Source: Octopus vulgaris
Lineage: Eukaryota
NCBI GenBank assembly: GCA_951406725.2
Contig: OX597825.1
Location: forward strand, 2,728,001-2,792,000
Reading direction: 5' to 3'
DNA length: 64,000 bases
Both the position numbers and the translations under genes were made by a program. Of the stretch, positions 27,120 to 40,142 are shown one piece after another. Position 1 is the first letter of the stretch. Every line of letters starts with the position of its first letter. Below the pieces are notes generated by a model. The model made no database searches. It was not told where the DNA came from and saw nothing but the letters and a program-made list of their open reading frames with translations.

Positions 27120-29539
27120 TTAACTGGCCGAAACTTCAAAGCCACTGCCAAAATCATCCGTTTCTTAGAATAATATATTAGCGTGTGTGTGAGTGTGTGT
27201 GTGTATGTGCATATATAAATTGACAAATCAAAATCGGTTATTTTTCTTTTGCAAAATAAACAAAATTATTTTTTATTCATACCTATATAATTACTTAGCT
27301 GTGTTTAATTAGTTTCCGATATATTTAGACCGATATCTGTGTAAAAATATCCATATAGTGTCGATGGCTAGCTTCTAATAACTTATGATGTAAACTGAAT
27401 TGGTATTGAGAAATCCGTTTCATATACTCAGCAGCGTTTAATCGCTTAATAGTCGTTAACTAATAATGAAATACAAAATAGCTTTTAAAATAACGGCTTT
27501 AAGAGGAATCTAACACATAAAAATCTACGGTTAAAGGTAATAAAATATCTTGTAGATTTATACCACTATGTTAGAAAAACTTTGGGATCAAGCTGCTCTT
27601 TAGCTCTTATCTTAGATTGCTACCTTTGAAGGTAATAGTAAATCCTCTGTAGATAGGGATTAGTGAAATCCCTTTATCCATAAATGGGTCCAAATGGAAT
27701 TGCGCGTTATATTACTCATTAGTTTTGAAAAGTTTCGTACATAGTTTAATGAATTCTTCTTTTTCGATAATTTAAGTCTATTACAACATACGTTTTGGGC
27801 TGCAAAATGTATGTTTCATTCTACTCACTCTTGATATTTTATTATCATTGAAACAACCAGGGAAGTGGTAGTATGTTGATTCAGCTTTTCACTTGCTTAA
27901 TATAAACTTCCTTTTGTGTCGGAAATGTATCCTTCTTCCTTTCACGGGAATTATAGTTTACACGATGGTCAATCTTATGTTTACACTTTTCATAAAATAC
28001 ATCCCAAATGATATTGCATCCTTGTTGATGTATTTGAAACAGCATTCTTTCTTCAGCCTGTATAATAGTTTGCTAACAAGAAAGCAAAGCTGCGAAAACG
28101 AATTGAAGTTTCCAGACAATTTTGAGAAGGTCCTTATTTTTGTGTCTGTATTAAATTGGAAAGCCACAAGCGCTTGCTCTAATATTTATTTGGTAATTTT
28201 CAAAAAGTGTTAGTAATCTTTTTATGTCAATTATCACTGGTTGTGGTAAATCAAAATTACAGAGTGCCATGATACACCGTTTTACATTTTATATTCAGCA
28301 CAGAATATATGTGATTTTTCTGATAGTATATCACGAGTTAACTTCATATACTGAGATATTTTTGTTCTTATTTACTTCGAAATGCTTTTGGTTAAGTTTG
28401 AAGACACATACATCTTGTGATGTAACTCCAGTGATCAAAAAGTTTTGTGAATAATTTTGATTTAATTCCACTCTACTGAAAACAGTATCCAATAAATGCT
28501 TTCCTTTCGTAGCACTCGAGAACGGTGCCCTCTAATCTACGGTACAATGACAAAGCATGTAGGTATAGTTTATATTTTGTTTGAGGTTTCAATATGAGTG
28601 CATTCTCTGCAAGCATGTTTCTCAAATATGAAATTCTTGACCCCAAAGTTGCAAGAATTCGCTTTACAACATATTAGCATGAGATATTATTTGTAATAAT
28701 ATTTCATTTTATTATAAATGCTTTATATAATTGCTACTGATGTTGCCTTGCTCTACTGAATAAACGTTTTATTTTGTTGGCAATAATTAATAATACATTT
28801 TAGTTTATAAATAACGTACCTGTAGAAGACAATTTTGAATGTCTGAAAAAATATAGTGAGGTCACTTATTTTTGAAATACCTTTTCTCGAATTTAATCAG
28901 AAAGTATATATAATATAGTATACTATATTATATTTATATGTGTATATTTATGAAAAAACAAATCCGAAACCAGTTGTTTTGGAAGGAAAAAAAACGAAAA
29001 GAATAGTGGAAAGAAATCAGTATTCTATTATAATAAAACAATAATTGAATTTGTACATCATTATCTTCGTTGTGACATTTGACCGATATGTTTTCTTCGT
29101 TGTAAAACTGTTTCAGTCATGAATGAAATGGTGACAAAATATTGTTCTGTAATAAATAATATTAATACGCTAACTTTTTGTTTTTGTATGTACCTGTTGT
29201 GTGTGTAACACGTACTTCAAAGAAGTGGCAAAGCGAAAGAGAGTGGAGGACAGAGAAGTAAGAGGCAGAGAGAGTGAGAGATAACGTGGGAGAGAGAGCG
29301 AGAGTGAAAGAGACAGTGAGTGGTAAGGGCATTCATCGCAAGAGAAGTAGATACATAGATATATATATATACATTGTAAAATCAAAAGTGGAAGAGAAGA
29401 GGGACACAAACTAAGTGAAAGAGAAAGAGAGAAACTAAAAAGACGGTAGATACATAAATCGAAACAAACTTTGAGAAATAGATACAAACACACAGCAAAT
29501 TTCACTTTTCATTAGCACCCGAGGATAAAATTAACTCAA

Positions 29540-29690
29540 AAATGGCCGAGTACTCCACAGACATGCATAACATTAACGTAGTTCTCAGGGTTTCACCTAT
29601 TCAATAAGTCCAGGGTGAATTTCTTCGACTAAAGGGTGGTGCTCCAACATGGCCACCGTCGAATGACTGAAAGAAGTAAAAGAATAAAGG
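29540..29690. mobile_element. SINE fragments: inverted family A piece and family C 3' tail
   Basis: taacgtagttctcagg is the reverse complement of the ~2470 block; gtggtgctccaacatggccaccgtcgaatgactgaaagaagtaaaag is the family C tail. Confidence 0.7.
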
Positions 29691-29879
29691 ACTGCCATGA
29701 AAAACGTTCCGTACCACTAAACCAAGGAGGCTCTTTGAATATTTACGATGTATTTTAATGCTAAATAGTAATTCCGTTTACGTTTGTGTAACTAAGACAT
29801 TTTGGTTGGATTTTATATTAAATTGGTGTTACATTGCTTTCTATATTCTGTAACTGTCACAATATACTATTCTATGTCT

Positions 29880-30012
29880 GAAGTTTGTGTGGGGAGGGGG
29901 CCTGTTGATTAGATGACCCCAGTACACAGCATGTACTTAATTTAGTGAACCCCGAAAGGACGAAAGCCAAAGTCAACCTCGGCAGAATTTGAACTAAGAA
30001 CGTAAAGACAGG
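29880..30012 (-). mobile_element. SINE family B fragment
   Basis: cccgaaaggacgaaagccaaagtcaacctcggcagaatttgaactaagaacgtaaag. Confidence 0.8.
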
Positions 30013-31369
30013 CAGTCATAATATAAAAACTGTTCTCATGGCACTAGTACACTGTTCACAGGTGCTTACATCTTTTATGTTTTCCGGGAATTTTAATGGG
30101 TCCAGCTAGTAATCATAATTCCCGAGGAAATAGAGTCGCACCTATTCAATAGATTCTAGGAGATTTTACAGAAAACCGAGCAGGAAAACTATCAATATTT
30201 GTTGACACGTCGTCATGAAACAGAACTGACAGACGTAGACCATAATTCGCGATTAAATAATTCCACTGGTGTCATGTTTCAACCGGTCGTTACTCCTTTT
30301 TGTTAATCTTCTAGTGAGAACGTATTTAGCAGAGTATTTATGTCATTTTGTTTGAAATAACATTGAATACCAGCTCGGAGAAAGGAAAATAAACAAAGAA
30401 TTATATTCTCCGCTATTGCACGACCAAATGATTAAATAAGTAGCAACATTTATGCCGTGGTGTATTTCTAGAACATTCCACTTATTACATTGCTAAAGGC
30501 TTGAAAATTATTTTGTGCATGAAATATTCATAAATTACATAGTTCTCTTTATTGTAATGGTACACGTTCTACTTGTGTTTCGTTTTAACTTTTTTATTCA
30601 TGGCAATTATTATGATGATATTTTGGATAATGTTTTGCAGAATCATAGTTTTGCATTTCATTCTCTACATTTATTCGAGAGTCACCACATCAGCAGCAGC
30701 AATAGCCGCAGCACTATCAACAGTGTAACCCTAACCCAATAACAACAACAATAACAAATAAGTGTAATTAGAACGTTTATTGCCTGCAATTTCTTGATGT
30801 ATAACAGAGAAAGTAGTTGAAGTTTCTCTCCGTTACAAAGCAATAGTTTTATCTTTAAATGTTTAGCTGGAAACGAAATATGGGCAATTACACACAATTG
30901 AAAAACACACAATTTGCAGTGAATGGAATTTCAATTTCTAAAAAAGAAAATGGAAAAATATTTATGATTAAAGTCGAAATACTTTTATCTTTTCAGAGGA
31001 AAATAACAAAACAAACTGACATTGAACGCTATAACTGACAAATTAATGTTTTTTTTCGTTTTCTTTCAATTATGGTTTTTGACGTTGGTGATATTATTCT
31101 TCATTTATGGAAATTTACATAATAAAGGTTCTTACTACCTATTTCAGTCTGTGTTTTGCCGCTCAGGAAATATTTTATATATGAAAGAATGTGTATCTGT
31201 TGTAGTGTGTGTATGTATGCATGAGTATCTAACATTTACTTAACGATTTCTATGCAATATAGACTCAAATAGTTATAAATGTGAGTATATGGACGTAGAT
31301 GCGAACATATAGTCAATCTACATTACAGCATGTAACTGGTTTATTGTCTCTCTGGCGTATATATTTCTT

Positions 31370-31535
31370 ATCGACAGGACGCCGGTCCACCGCAGGATTA
31401 CTCATTGTTGCTAGCTGAAGGGATTGAAAAAAAGGTGATACGAAGTGTCTTCCACAAGAACACATAGCATCGCACTGGCAAAGAATCGAAAGTGCAAACT
31501 TGCGATCATCGTGTCCAACACCACAAGCACTAAAC
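31370..31535 (-). mobile_element. SINE with V-domain-like block
   Basis: Reverse complement: ttcgattc...tgtgttcttgtggaagacactt...aatcctgcggtggaccggcgtcctgtc, resembling the V-SINE cctgcgatggactggcgtcctgtc block. Confidence 0.45.
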
Positions 31536-31559
31536 CACGCAGCTCCACCATATATCTTA

Positions 31560-31815
31560 TATCTTTTATTTTTTTAACTTGTCGCAGGCATTCGACTGCA
31601 GCCATGCAGTGGCAATGCCTTGAATGGGTTGAGCCGAACAAACGACCTTCTTTTTTCAAGCAAAGTGCTTATTCTTGTAATTTATAAGTTGTCAATCGGA
31701 CCGAACAGACACAAATATGTATATGTATGTATGTATATATATATATATATATACAACGGATATTTTTCAGTTTCCGCTTAACAAATGCACTTACAAATCT
31801 TTAGTCTGCCTGCGA
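31560..31815 (-). mobile_element. SINE family C, diverged
   Basis: Reverse complement of the tail (ttcgactgcagccatgc...gcctt) and of the gaaactgaaa block. Confidence 0.65.
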
Positions 31816-31819
31816 GTTA

Positions 31820-32050
31820 AAACAGATGATGAGAAATTTGTGAACTACCAAAAGTTAGAGCCGGAAATAAAAAGAATACTCAGGTCCTCAAAAGTGAGTG
31901 ATGTATGTATCGTGATTGTGGCATTTGTACTGTAGGAGCAAAAAGCAATGTTGTGGCATCAAAAGCTGCAAATAGGAAATTTGTCAAGATGTATTCAAGT
32001 CACAGCAACTCTTGGAACTGATAATCTATAAAGTTTGACGTCTCTAAGCT
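31820..32050 (+). mobile_element. R4/Dong-type LINE restriction-like endonuclease fragment
   Basis: EKFVNYQKLEPEIKRILRSSKVSDVCIVIVA resembles EK..KY..L..EI.RLW...V.PIVIGALG. Confidence 0.5.
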
Positions 32051-32139
32051 AAAGAATGGAGAAGAGACGTGACATAGCCATAGATAAATCGGCAGTCAAC
32101 TGAATATGAATTATGGTAAAACGGACAGATCTATACGGG

Positions 32140-32853
32140 AGAATTGCGAGACAGATGCACGAAATAGTATCATCCGAGTACCGGTCTGGATGACAAAAAG
32201 AAGAACGGTAATATACCAGAAGGGCGCGAGTGACGTGAATGCGGTAGGAAATTTCCGACTAATTTCGTGTTTGCCACTGATATGGAAACTGGTGACGAGC
32301 ATCGTATCAAATAGCATCTATAAATAACTATAAAAAATTGGTACGACCACAAAGCTGAAGGCATCGTTGAAAATGGAAATGCAAAGGCCCTATGGGATTT
32401 TATAATTCAGTGCGACCATGGGATAGAGAATAGGAAGCCAAACACAGGTCTTAATTGAGAAAGAAAACAAGCTATGCTGGTTCATAGATATAGTATGCCC
32501 AGCTGACAGCAAGGTATGCGATAGGGAAGAAATAAAATCCGAGAGATATGACAGGTTAGCTTGGGAAGTTAAGCAGTTGTGGTCGATGAAAATGGTAGCA
32601 GTAGTACGAATAATTGTCGGATCTCTGGGAACAGTGAGCAAAAAACTCGATAGGTACGCGGAATAAATAGAGACTGTATTATGGGTGGAGCACTTGCAGG
32701 AAACAGCACTGCTTGTAACCGCTCGAATACTCGGGAAGGTGCTCGAAAAATAAGAGGTGTTACCTTAGTACAATGGTCGTGAACAGCTGACACCGTAGTA
32801 CATCTTCAGCGTTAGAAGCTGTAAAAAGGCAATAATAATAATGATAATAATAA
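32140..32853 (+). mobile_element. R4/Dong-clade non-LTR retrotransposon relic (RT N-terminus + RLE, internally deleted) with (AAT)n tail
   Basis: VPVWMTKRRTVIYQK...NFRLISCLPLIWKLVTSIV; then ENGNAKALWDFIIQCD, CWFIDIVCPADSKV...RYDRLAWEVKQLWSMK...IIVGSLGTV; aataataata tail at 32831. Confidence 0.85.
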
Positions 32854-32904
32854 CAGAACGAACTACTGAATAGAACAAACTACATTTACAAAATGTTTGA
32901 CAAC

Positions 32905-32960
32905 ATCATCTCACGCACTTGCTGTACTTGGACGATGTGAAGTCATTTGCCCATGACCTG
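32905..32960 (+). mobile_element. Reverse-transcriptase active-site fragment
   Basis: HLLYLDDVKSFA (HLLYMDDLKL-like YxDD motif). Confidence 0.55.
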
Positions 32961-33454
32961 AAAGGGCTGCCAGTAACAGTGAAAACAATTCAATGATTGC
33001 ATCAATAAAGAATTTATCCTTGACGGTACATATATGCATACCTATCTTTTAGAATTCATTTAACGTTCTTCGGAACACACTCAAAAACTTGCGAAACCTG
33101 AACTCCATAAAAAAATAATTTTGGAATAGAATTTTCCAGTTTGTATGTGGCTACAACAACTAAGAAAACTTACTGAAATAACAGCAATCACATTTTTACT
33201 GCCACATCTGATTATGCTGCTTTCTTTTTAATGCTTTTCTTTTTTTTTTTGGTCACCGGTTATGTAAAAGCGAAAATCGATGACGCGGCTTTCACCTAGA
33301 AGGAACGCTGGATATTCACGTTGACATTTTGAATTTCTGTATTTTAGGTATTTTTTGTTCATTATTCATCTTGCGCTCGAGGAAAATAACATATTTTCGA
33401 AACATTGTTCAACTCCAAAAATAGGTTCAATCACTGTTTATTACAAACTCCGCT

Positions 33455-34260
33455 TTTGCTATTATTCTTGATTATTATTGTTATTTCCCTTTCATTAATC
33501 GTATCTCTTGATTTCCCTTCCTCCTGCTAATTCATTAAAAGTGAAGAAAAATATGTTGCCAAGGATCTCGCAGGGTACTTAACACCCAAGTACCGATCTC
33601 AAAATACTTGTTGTCTCCAATACAGAATTTTGCTAAGCATGATCTACCCTTCTGTCAATCTCAATTTCCCCAGCATCTTTTTAAAATTCTGGTTGTTAAC
33701 ATAAGTCTCCTTGCCCTCATTGGTTCAAGTTCATCATTTAGTAGATTGTACTTTTCAATTTTTTTCTAGTTCTTTGTTTTCCACTCGTACATGCCCAGAT
33801 ATGGTAATGTCTATGATGTTAGTTTTTCTCAACATTTTTCAAACATCATTGTCTGCACTCCGAGTATCAATCATTTAATCGCAATGATTGTAAAATCGCA
33901 CAAAATCTTCCACTCATCATTCTCGGTGATCCCTTGCTTGTTTATGCTCATCACATTTCAATGGCCTTTCAAGATCGTACTTATTGCACATACTCCACTG
34001 AACATAACTTAGCTCCGTTATTCATGCCTCATTTTTTATTCTGTCTGTGCCATTATGCTACACTCAGTCACTACATGTGATATTGTTTCATTTTGTTTAC
34101 TGTCACACATCCTATGACATGGAAATTTGAAACTTGATCCCCAGCCAAGTGCATCACCCCTTCAATTGTATAAGTTTTTTTCCAACTGGATATCAATTTT
34201 GAGCAAGCATCATGCGAACATTAAGACATATGTCCCACACACTTCAACTGAATTCGCTCA
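33455..34260 (-). mobile_element. R4/Dong-clade LINE 3' relic (CCHC zinc finger + RLE)
   Basis: Minus strand reads RMCDSKQNETISHVVTECSIMAQTE*KMRH and GITENDEWKILCDFTI; AAT-rich tail at ~33460-33485. Confidence 0.75.
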
Positions 34261-35772
34261 TCACAAAGACATATGGCTATTACACATAGTCATAACAACA
34301 CATACTACGTATATACAGACAAATTTATAAGTACACAACGCCACGAATTTAGAAGTACATGGACCACGTTTGACCTCATACTTTGTAAAACTCCACAACT
34401 CTATGCATACACAGATATATATTTCTGGTGTATACACACACATACACACACACCACGCACAAACACACACACTCACACACATGTATATATTTATCAAGAA
34501 AATTCAATAAGCTCAAAAATTCTGTATTATTATTCTGTATAATTTCAATGGAGACTGCATGTGTTTTCTAGTCAAGCAGATCCGCTGATGTAATAATAAA
34601 TCAAGGAGCGGAACGCAGCTAGCGACTCATCAGGCCGAGTATAACTTAGTTATACAAAGGTTACACTGGCGTTAAGGCGACACACCATAAACGTAATTAA
34701 GAATGAGTGGTGTAGGTGGGAGAACAGAATTTAGAAAAAGGATTGTTGGAGAAGTGGTCAATAATTAAGGAAAAGGAAAAGAAGAGGTCAAATATTTGGC
34801 AACAGGAAATGTATAAATTCGTTTCGCCTTTTCTTTCTTCTCAACACACTTCTTGTTTCTTGTCAAGTACATCATTATATCATGCTTCGTGTTCACTGAC
34901 TACAAGCTGACGTATCTGTTATTAGCTCATATCTATAGACATTCTGGATGTTTTCAACATTTTTTTGGCAACATAATTAAGAAATAATTGCAAGTCTCAT
35001 TAAATTTTAAAGTTGGACATCTCCATCAAAATAATTTCCTTAGATCAACATCACAAAATTATATTTTAACGACTCAGACTCTATTCTATCAGCATCTGAT
35101 TGTAATTGGTTTTCGTGGTTTTTCATAAGTTATTCCAAATAGCTGTTATTTCGAAAGCTTTGATATAAATTCTATAGTCAAAAATATCAACTACATTGCT
35201 TTTGCTTTATGCCATGTGGCAAATATATTGCATTGTATTCTAATAATTATATGCGGCAGTTATGTGAACGGATAGAGATAAACATGTTGTTCTTTTGTTT
35301 TTATTAATAAATAGTTTATGCTAGATTACTAGATACCCTCTCTTCAGGCACAAGACGTTCACAAGTTGATTTGTTATCAGTTTGAAAATAAAACAAGGAT
35401 TGAATGACGGAAGTACAGAACGACAGGCATTTTTAAAATTCAGTTTGTACGTACGCCTCTTGCATATTTGAAATTTCCGACATTCCATAGCTACAATGTA
35501 CTGACTAAACTAAAAACAAAATATGAAAAGCGTAAATTGTAAGTGAAATCTTCTATTTTTTGAATCTTCAAAGAGTGTCGGACAAAATGGCTTGCTTTAC
35601 CTCGTTACGAACCTATCAGATCTGACTTCCGATCCTGTTTTCTGTAAACTACTGTTTTGATATAGTTGGTAACAGACAAACCACTTTACTCAATTTCGAA
35701 AGCTTTATATGTCCTCGGAACTCAATCATTGATACTAAATGTATTGATGAATCAGATTGCTATGCATTTGTA

Positions 35773-36680
35773 TATAGGGTCGGTGAAAAGTAGGTAGGTA
35801 TTAAAAGTTGGCCATAAAATACCTGTATCCTTTTAACATTTATTAAAACAAATGCTACATGTTCTTTATTAGATGGGAAAATTAAAGCAACTCTTCATAT
35901 TTAAACTTAAGTACCTGTGGCATCACCTAGTTTGCTGAAACAGCCAGAGATGGTTTGAACAACCTTCTGAAGAAATTCGCCTGTGATATTATTGGGAACC
36001 TCCTGGATCCGCGTCCTCAAGTCCTCCAGTGTGCGAGGTTTTGTCTTTCACACCTTTTTTGTGTAACCTTACAGGTACAATTCACATGGTGTGAGATCTA
36101 GGCTTCTTGGAGGCTATTCCATATTCCATTCTGCGGTCAGACTTCAGGTTTTAGCTCCTGCACGTAATAGGGATTTCATGCACGAAAATTCAATTCATTA
36201 TGCTGTACGTATTGTGTGTCTTGTTAATCCACCTTTCCCGAGCTGCTTGGCGTGTTCATTTTTGCGGGCTGCGATTAAAAGTTTCCTGCATTGTTGCCAC
36301 GCATCCGCTGATGGAGATGTGGTTGGACGGCTACTTCTTCTTGTATCATTCACAAATCCCGTGATCATTAGCTTTGCATGATGACTTTTTCTTCTTTCCA
36401 TACGTAGTGTTGCACGCTTACCTTTCCATGCACGCCATCATCTCTGAAGCAAAACAATGGAATTCCACACTTCATAGCGTGATGCTATCATAGCTAACTC
36501 CCAAACAGTCAAGAGGCCGACCGTCTGGAAGATAAGAAATAAGACAATACGAACATGAAAAGAAAAAGTACCCCATTAGAGTTGCCTGTTTAAAAAATGT
36601 TTTTGTCCCGACTTTAGTGATACTAAAAATTCTACAAGCAATTTGTAATGCCTAGTTACTTTCCACCCCACCCCTGCATA
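35773..36680 (-). mobile_element. Tc1/mariner-superfamily (maT/DD37-like) element, internally deleted, with degenerate TIRs
   Basis: TGFVNDTRRSSRPTTS (TGSV.D..RSGRP); E*PPRSLDLTPCELYL*GY (WPPRSPDLTP.D..LWG); TKPRTLEDLRTRI; left end tatagggtcggtgaaaagtaggtaggtatta versus right-end reverse complement tatgcaggggtggggtggaaagtaactaggcatta. Confidence 0.8.
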
Positions 36681-39237
36681 TTTATCACCTTTGCCCTTTT
36701 ATATTTCAACACTTTGTTTTGCTATTGCCATGAGTTATTGACCATTGTACTGTTATTAACGGCTGATGAGGAGATGAGCATTTTACCCTTCGTTGTTTAA
36801 TTGATGAAAATACTTGTATGTTAGAATCTGTACGTAATGACTCAACATCCGTTCCAATCTATTAATTAAAGACATTACGTATATTTGTTTCTCTTACAAT
36901 AAGAGTGACGCTGTTTACAGACTTGCCTGTATTTTGAACGTGTGTTATATTTTATCCTTTTAACAGCTGAAAAGTCACATGTAAAAATCTGAAGAGTCAT
37001 ATGAGACACGAAATTAACTTGAATGATTTTTCATTTGTACGAACACACAGAAATACACACACACGCAGGTACGCACGCACACACATACTTAATACATACA
37101 TACAATATATCTTACTACGGTTCTATCTCCGTCTCTCTTTCTGTCTACATATATGTACACACTCACACACACACACACACAGATACACACACACATATAT
37201 ACTTACTTATATTTTGCATAATATAATTAATAAATTGTATCTAATTTATATGCGCGCCTACATATTTCTCATCATTTCTCGCCATATATAAATACACAGA
37301 CACCAGACACACATGGAGACACAGACACACACGGAGACACGGGCACACACATACACACGCATATATATATTTACATATGTGTGTGTGTGTGTGCGTGCTT
37401 GTGTGTGCATGTATGTACATATATGTTCTTTGCCTATATGAACATATATTTAAGAGATCGAAAACAGTCTCCCAAAGACTGATAAATACGTACATTTTTA
37501 TGCTCCACAAAATATTTGCAGATTTTTATTTGTGTATTTGTCACGACGTTAAATATAGATTCCTCTTTGTGTTTTGCACTCACGTTCAAGCACAAACACA
37601 CATACACACATATACATATACACTCACATACATACACACCATCATGCAAATATGAGAGAATATTCCTGTTGTTCTAAATATATATTTATGTATGTGCATA
37701 GAGACACACACACACATACATACTTCAATATATTTATTGTTACTCTTGGAAACATCTGTAACTTTTACAGCAAATAATAATTATTATTTTTTTTGTTATA
37801 TTAAGTGATTATAGTTTACCACCGCAACGAATATGAACAATTTCCAAGACTTTCTGATTACTTTATAATTAAATTTCTTTAATGAAATCGTTTTTATTTA
37901 TACTTTTACCATTAAATAGCCAGTATTTAATACCACTTTCATTAATATCTGATGGAAGACAAATTCTATTTCACTTCCAAAATCAATTTTCCCAACTTCA
38001 TCGTTGAATATAAAAATGTTTTGAGATTCTGACTTATTCAATGAAGTTCGTCTTCTAATGCAACTTTCAATATTATTTCGCTCTATTTGCCTTTCATTTT
38101 GTATTTCTTACTTCCACCTCCAACCCTCAGTCATACTCACCAAATTTCTGTGTAATTTGGATGTTCGTGTATATTTATACACATATGCACATATATGCGT
38201 GTGTGTGTGACTATATATATATATATATATCTATATATATATATATCTGCATGCATGAATATATCTTTGTACGTGTACATACATACATACATACATACAT
38301 GCATATATATACGTAGATATATGCATACACATATATATGTACGTATAATTAGATTTCTGTAAATTATGCAAACGAATTTAAAAGAGAAAAATGATATTAA
38401 AGATTTTTTGTTTTCATTTGCTACATTGATTTCTATTTGTATGTCCGGAGATACACAGGGATGCGTCGTGGTTTTTGCACCTATATATTGCCATTATTCC
38501 GTCCCGTCATTTTCTTGTTTATTTAAATGAGACTGAATGGCCCTTCAAATACGCCATGCTCTTTTCCACAGCGGCGATGCGGGATTTAAACGGGATTTAT
38601 GACTTGTTTCAGGCCGATAATTTACCGATGTCTTTTAGCGACAATGGCATAGGATAAAAGAGATCGTTCCAAATATGACCATTTCCAGCATATTTCAGAA
38701 ACTATTTCGTCATGTATTTCTATTTCTTTATTCGCCACACGGAGCAGACTTAGGTACAAACGCCTTTAGGTTTCTTATAGATGCACTCTTTGTAATCATC
38801 TGGTATTTATATTCCTGAATGTGCTAATATTCTCATCCAAATGTATTGGTGATGGGAATGGATTTGAGCGAATCCTCTTTGACTGTAAAGTCATAAACGT
38901 AGTTGCTATAGAATCAGCCAAACGGTTTCCATTGTCTGAGAGGGGAGTGCTATGCACTTCTACTAAAGTATCTTGTCCATATGTTTACATTTGCTGAAAT
39001 TTCTGATCTGTATTTCAAGGGAACGGTGGGACTCATAGATATAAAAATGTATGTACAATCTTTCAGCAAAGCATAGTTTGCATTATTCAGATCAACTACC
39101 ACTTATTTTTTGTTCGACATCCCTCTGGATTGTATATTCCATGGACTTGGTCTTTAACAACGACACAGGGCTATCCAAAGTATTGCATTTACTTTTTCCC
39201 GTCTCCCGGGAACACGAGAGATGCTTAACATCGTGTT

Positions 39238-39339
39238 TTTTGAAGTCACTCTCTCACAACTCGATGGAATTCTTCTTTTCCATGATAACTTGACCAATAA
39301 GAAATAACCACATCGGTATGTGAGAAAGCGACTTCAAAA
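39238..39339. repeat. Imperfect inverted repeat (~29-bp arms)
   Basis: ttttgaagtcactctctcacaactcgatg / catcggtatgtgagaaagcgacttcaaaa. Confidence 0.75.
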
Positions 39340-39669
39340 GGTGCTAATCTAACACTTCATAACTATATAATGTGTACATTATGTTTTATCTAATGTACAG
39401 ACACAATATCTAATATCACAGTCACACTGCCACATACCCAGAAACAGACACACACAGACACACAAACACAACGCACACATACATGTACATTCATATTTTT
39501 ATATACACATATATGGAGGCATATTAACCTACATAAGCAAGAATCTAAAGCATATTAGCTGAAGGTCACCTAGGAATTATAAACTGGATACGAACTACTG
39601 TCCTTGGGTTAAAAAGCCGAAACATTTGCCCATGAAGAACCAGTAACGTTCAGGCCATGTTCGAGATTC

Positions 39670-39677
<8 letters not shown>

Positions 39678-39720
<43 letters not shown>

Positions 39721-39799
39721 TAGATATATATATATATAAGGATGTATATAGCAGCTTTGACTGTCCAGCCTTACATAACCTTCTAGGCTTGTATGAGTC

Positions 39800-39852
<53 letters not shown>

Positions 39853-39912
39853 TAGATATACATATATATATATATACATACATTTGTCTATATATATATA
39901 TACATATGTATA

Positions 39913-39977
<65 letters not shown>

Positions 39978-40043
39978 CTAGATAGATATAGATATACATA
40001 TACATATATATATATATACATATGTATATATTTACATATATAA

Positions 40044-40104
<61 letters not shown>

Positions 40105-40142
40105 GATAGAGAGAAGAAAGAGAGAGAGAACGAGAGAGAGAG
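39678..40142. repeat. Compound (TA)n/(GA)n/(CA)n microsatellite cluster
   Basis: Direct inspection. Confidence 0.95.

Noticed and set aside
28908-28933. AT-rich palindrome atataatatagtatactatattatat
   Set aside because: Low complexity; expected by chance in TA-rich DNA.
34620-34650. Minus-strand cctgatgagtc core
   Set aside because: No stem II partner or GAAA follows.
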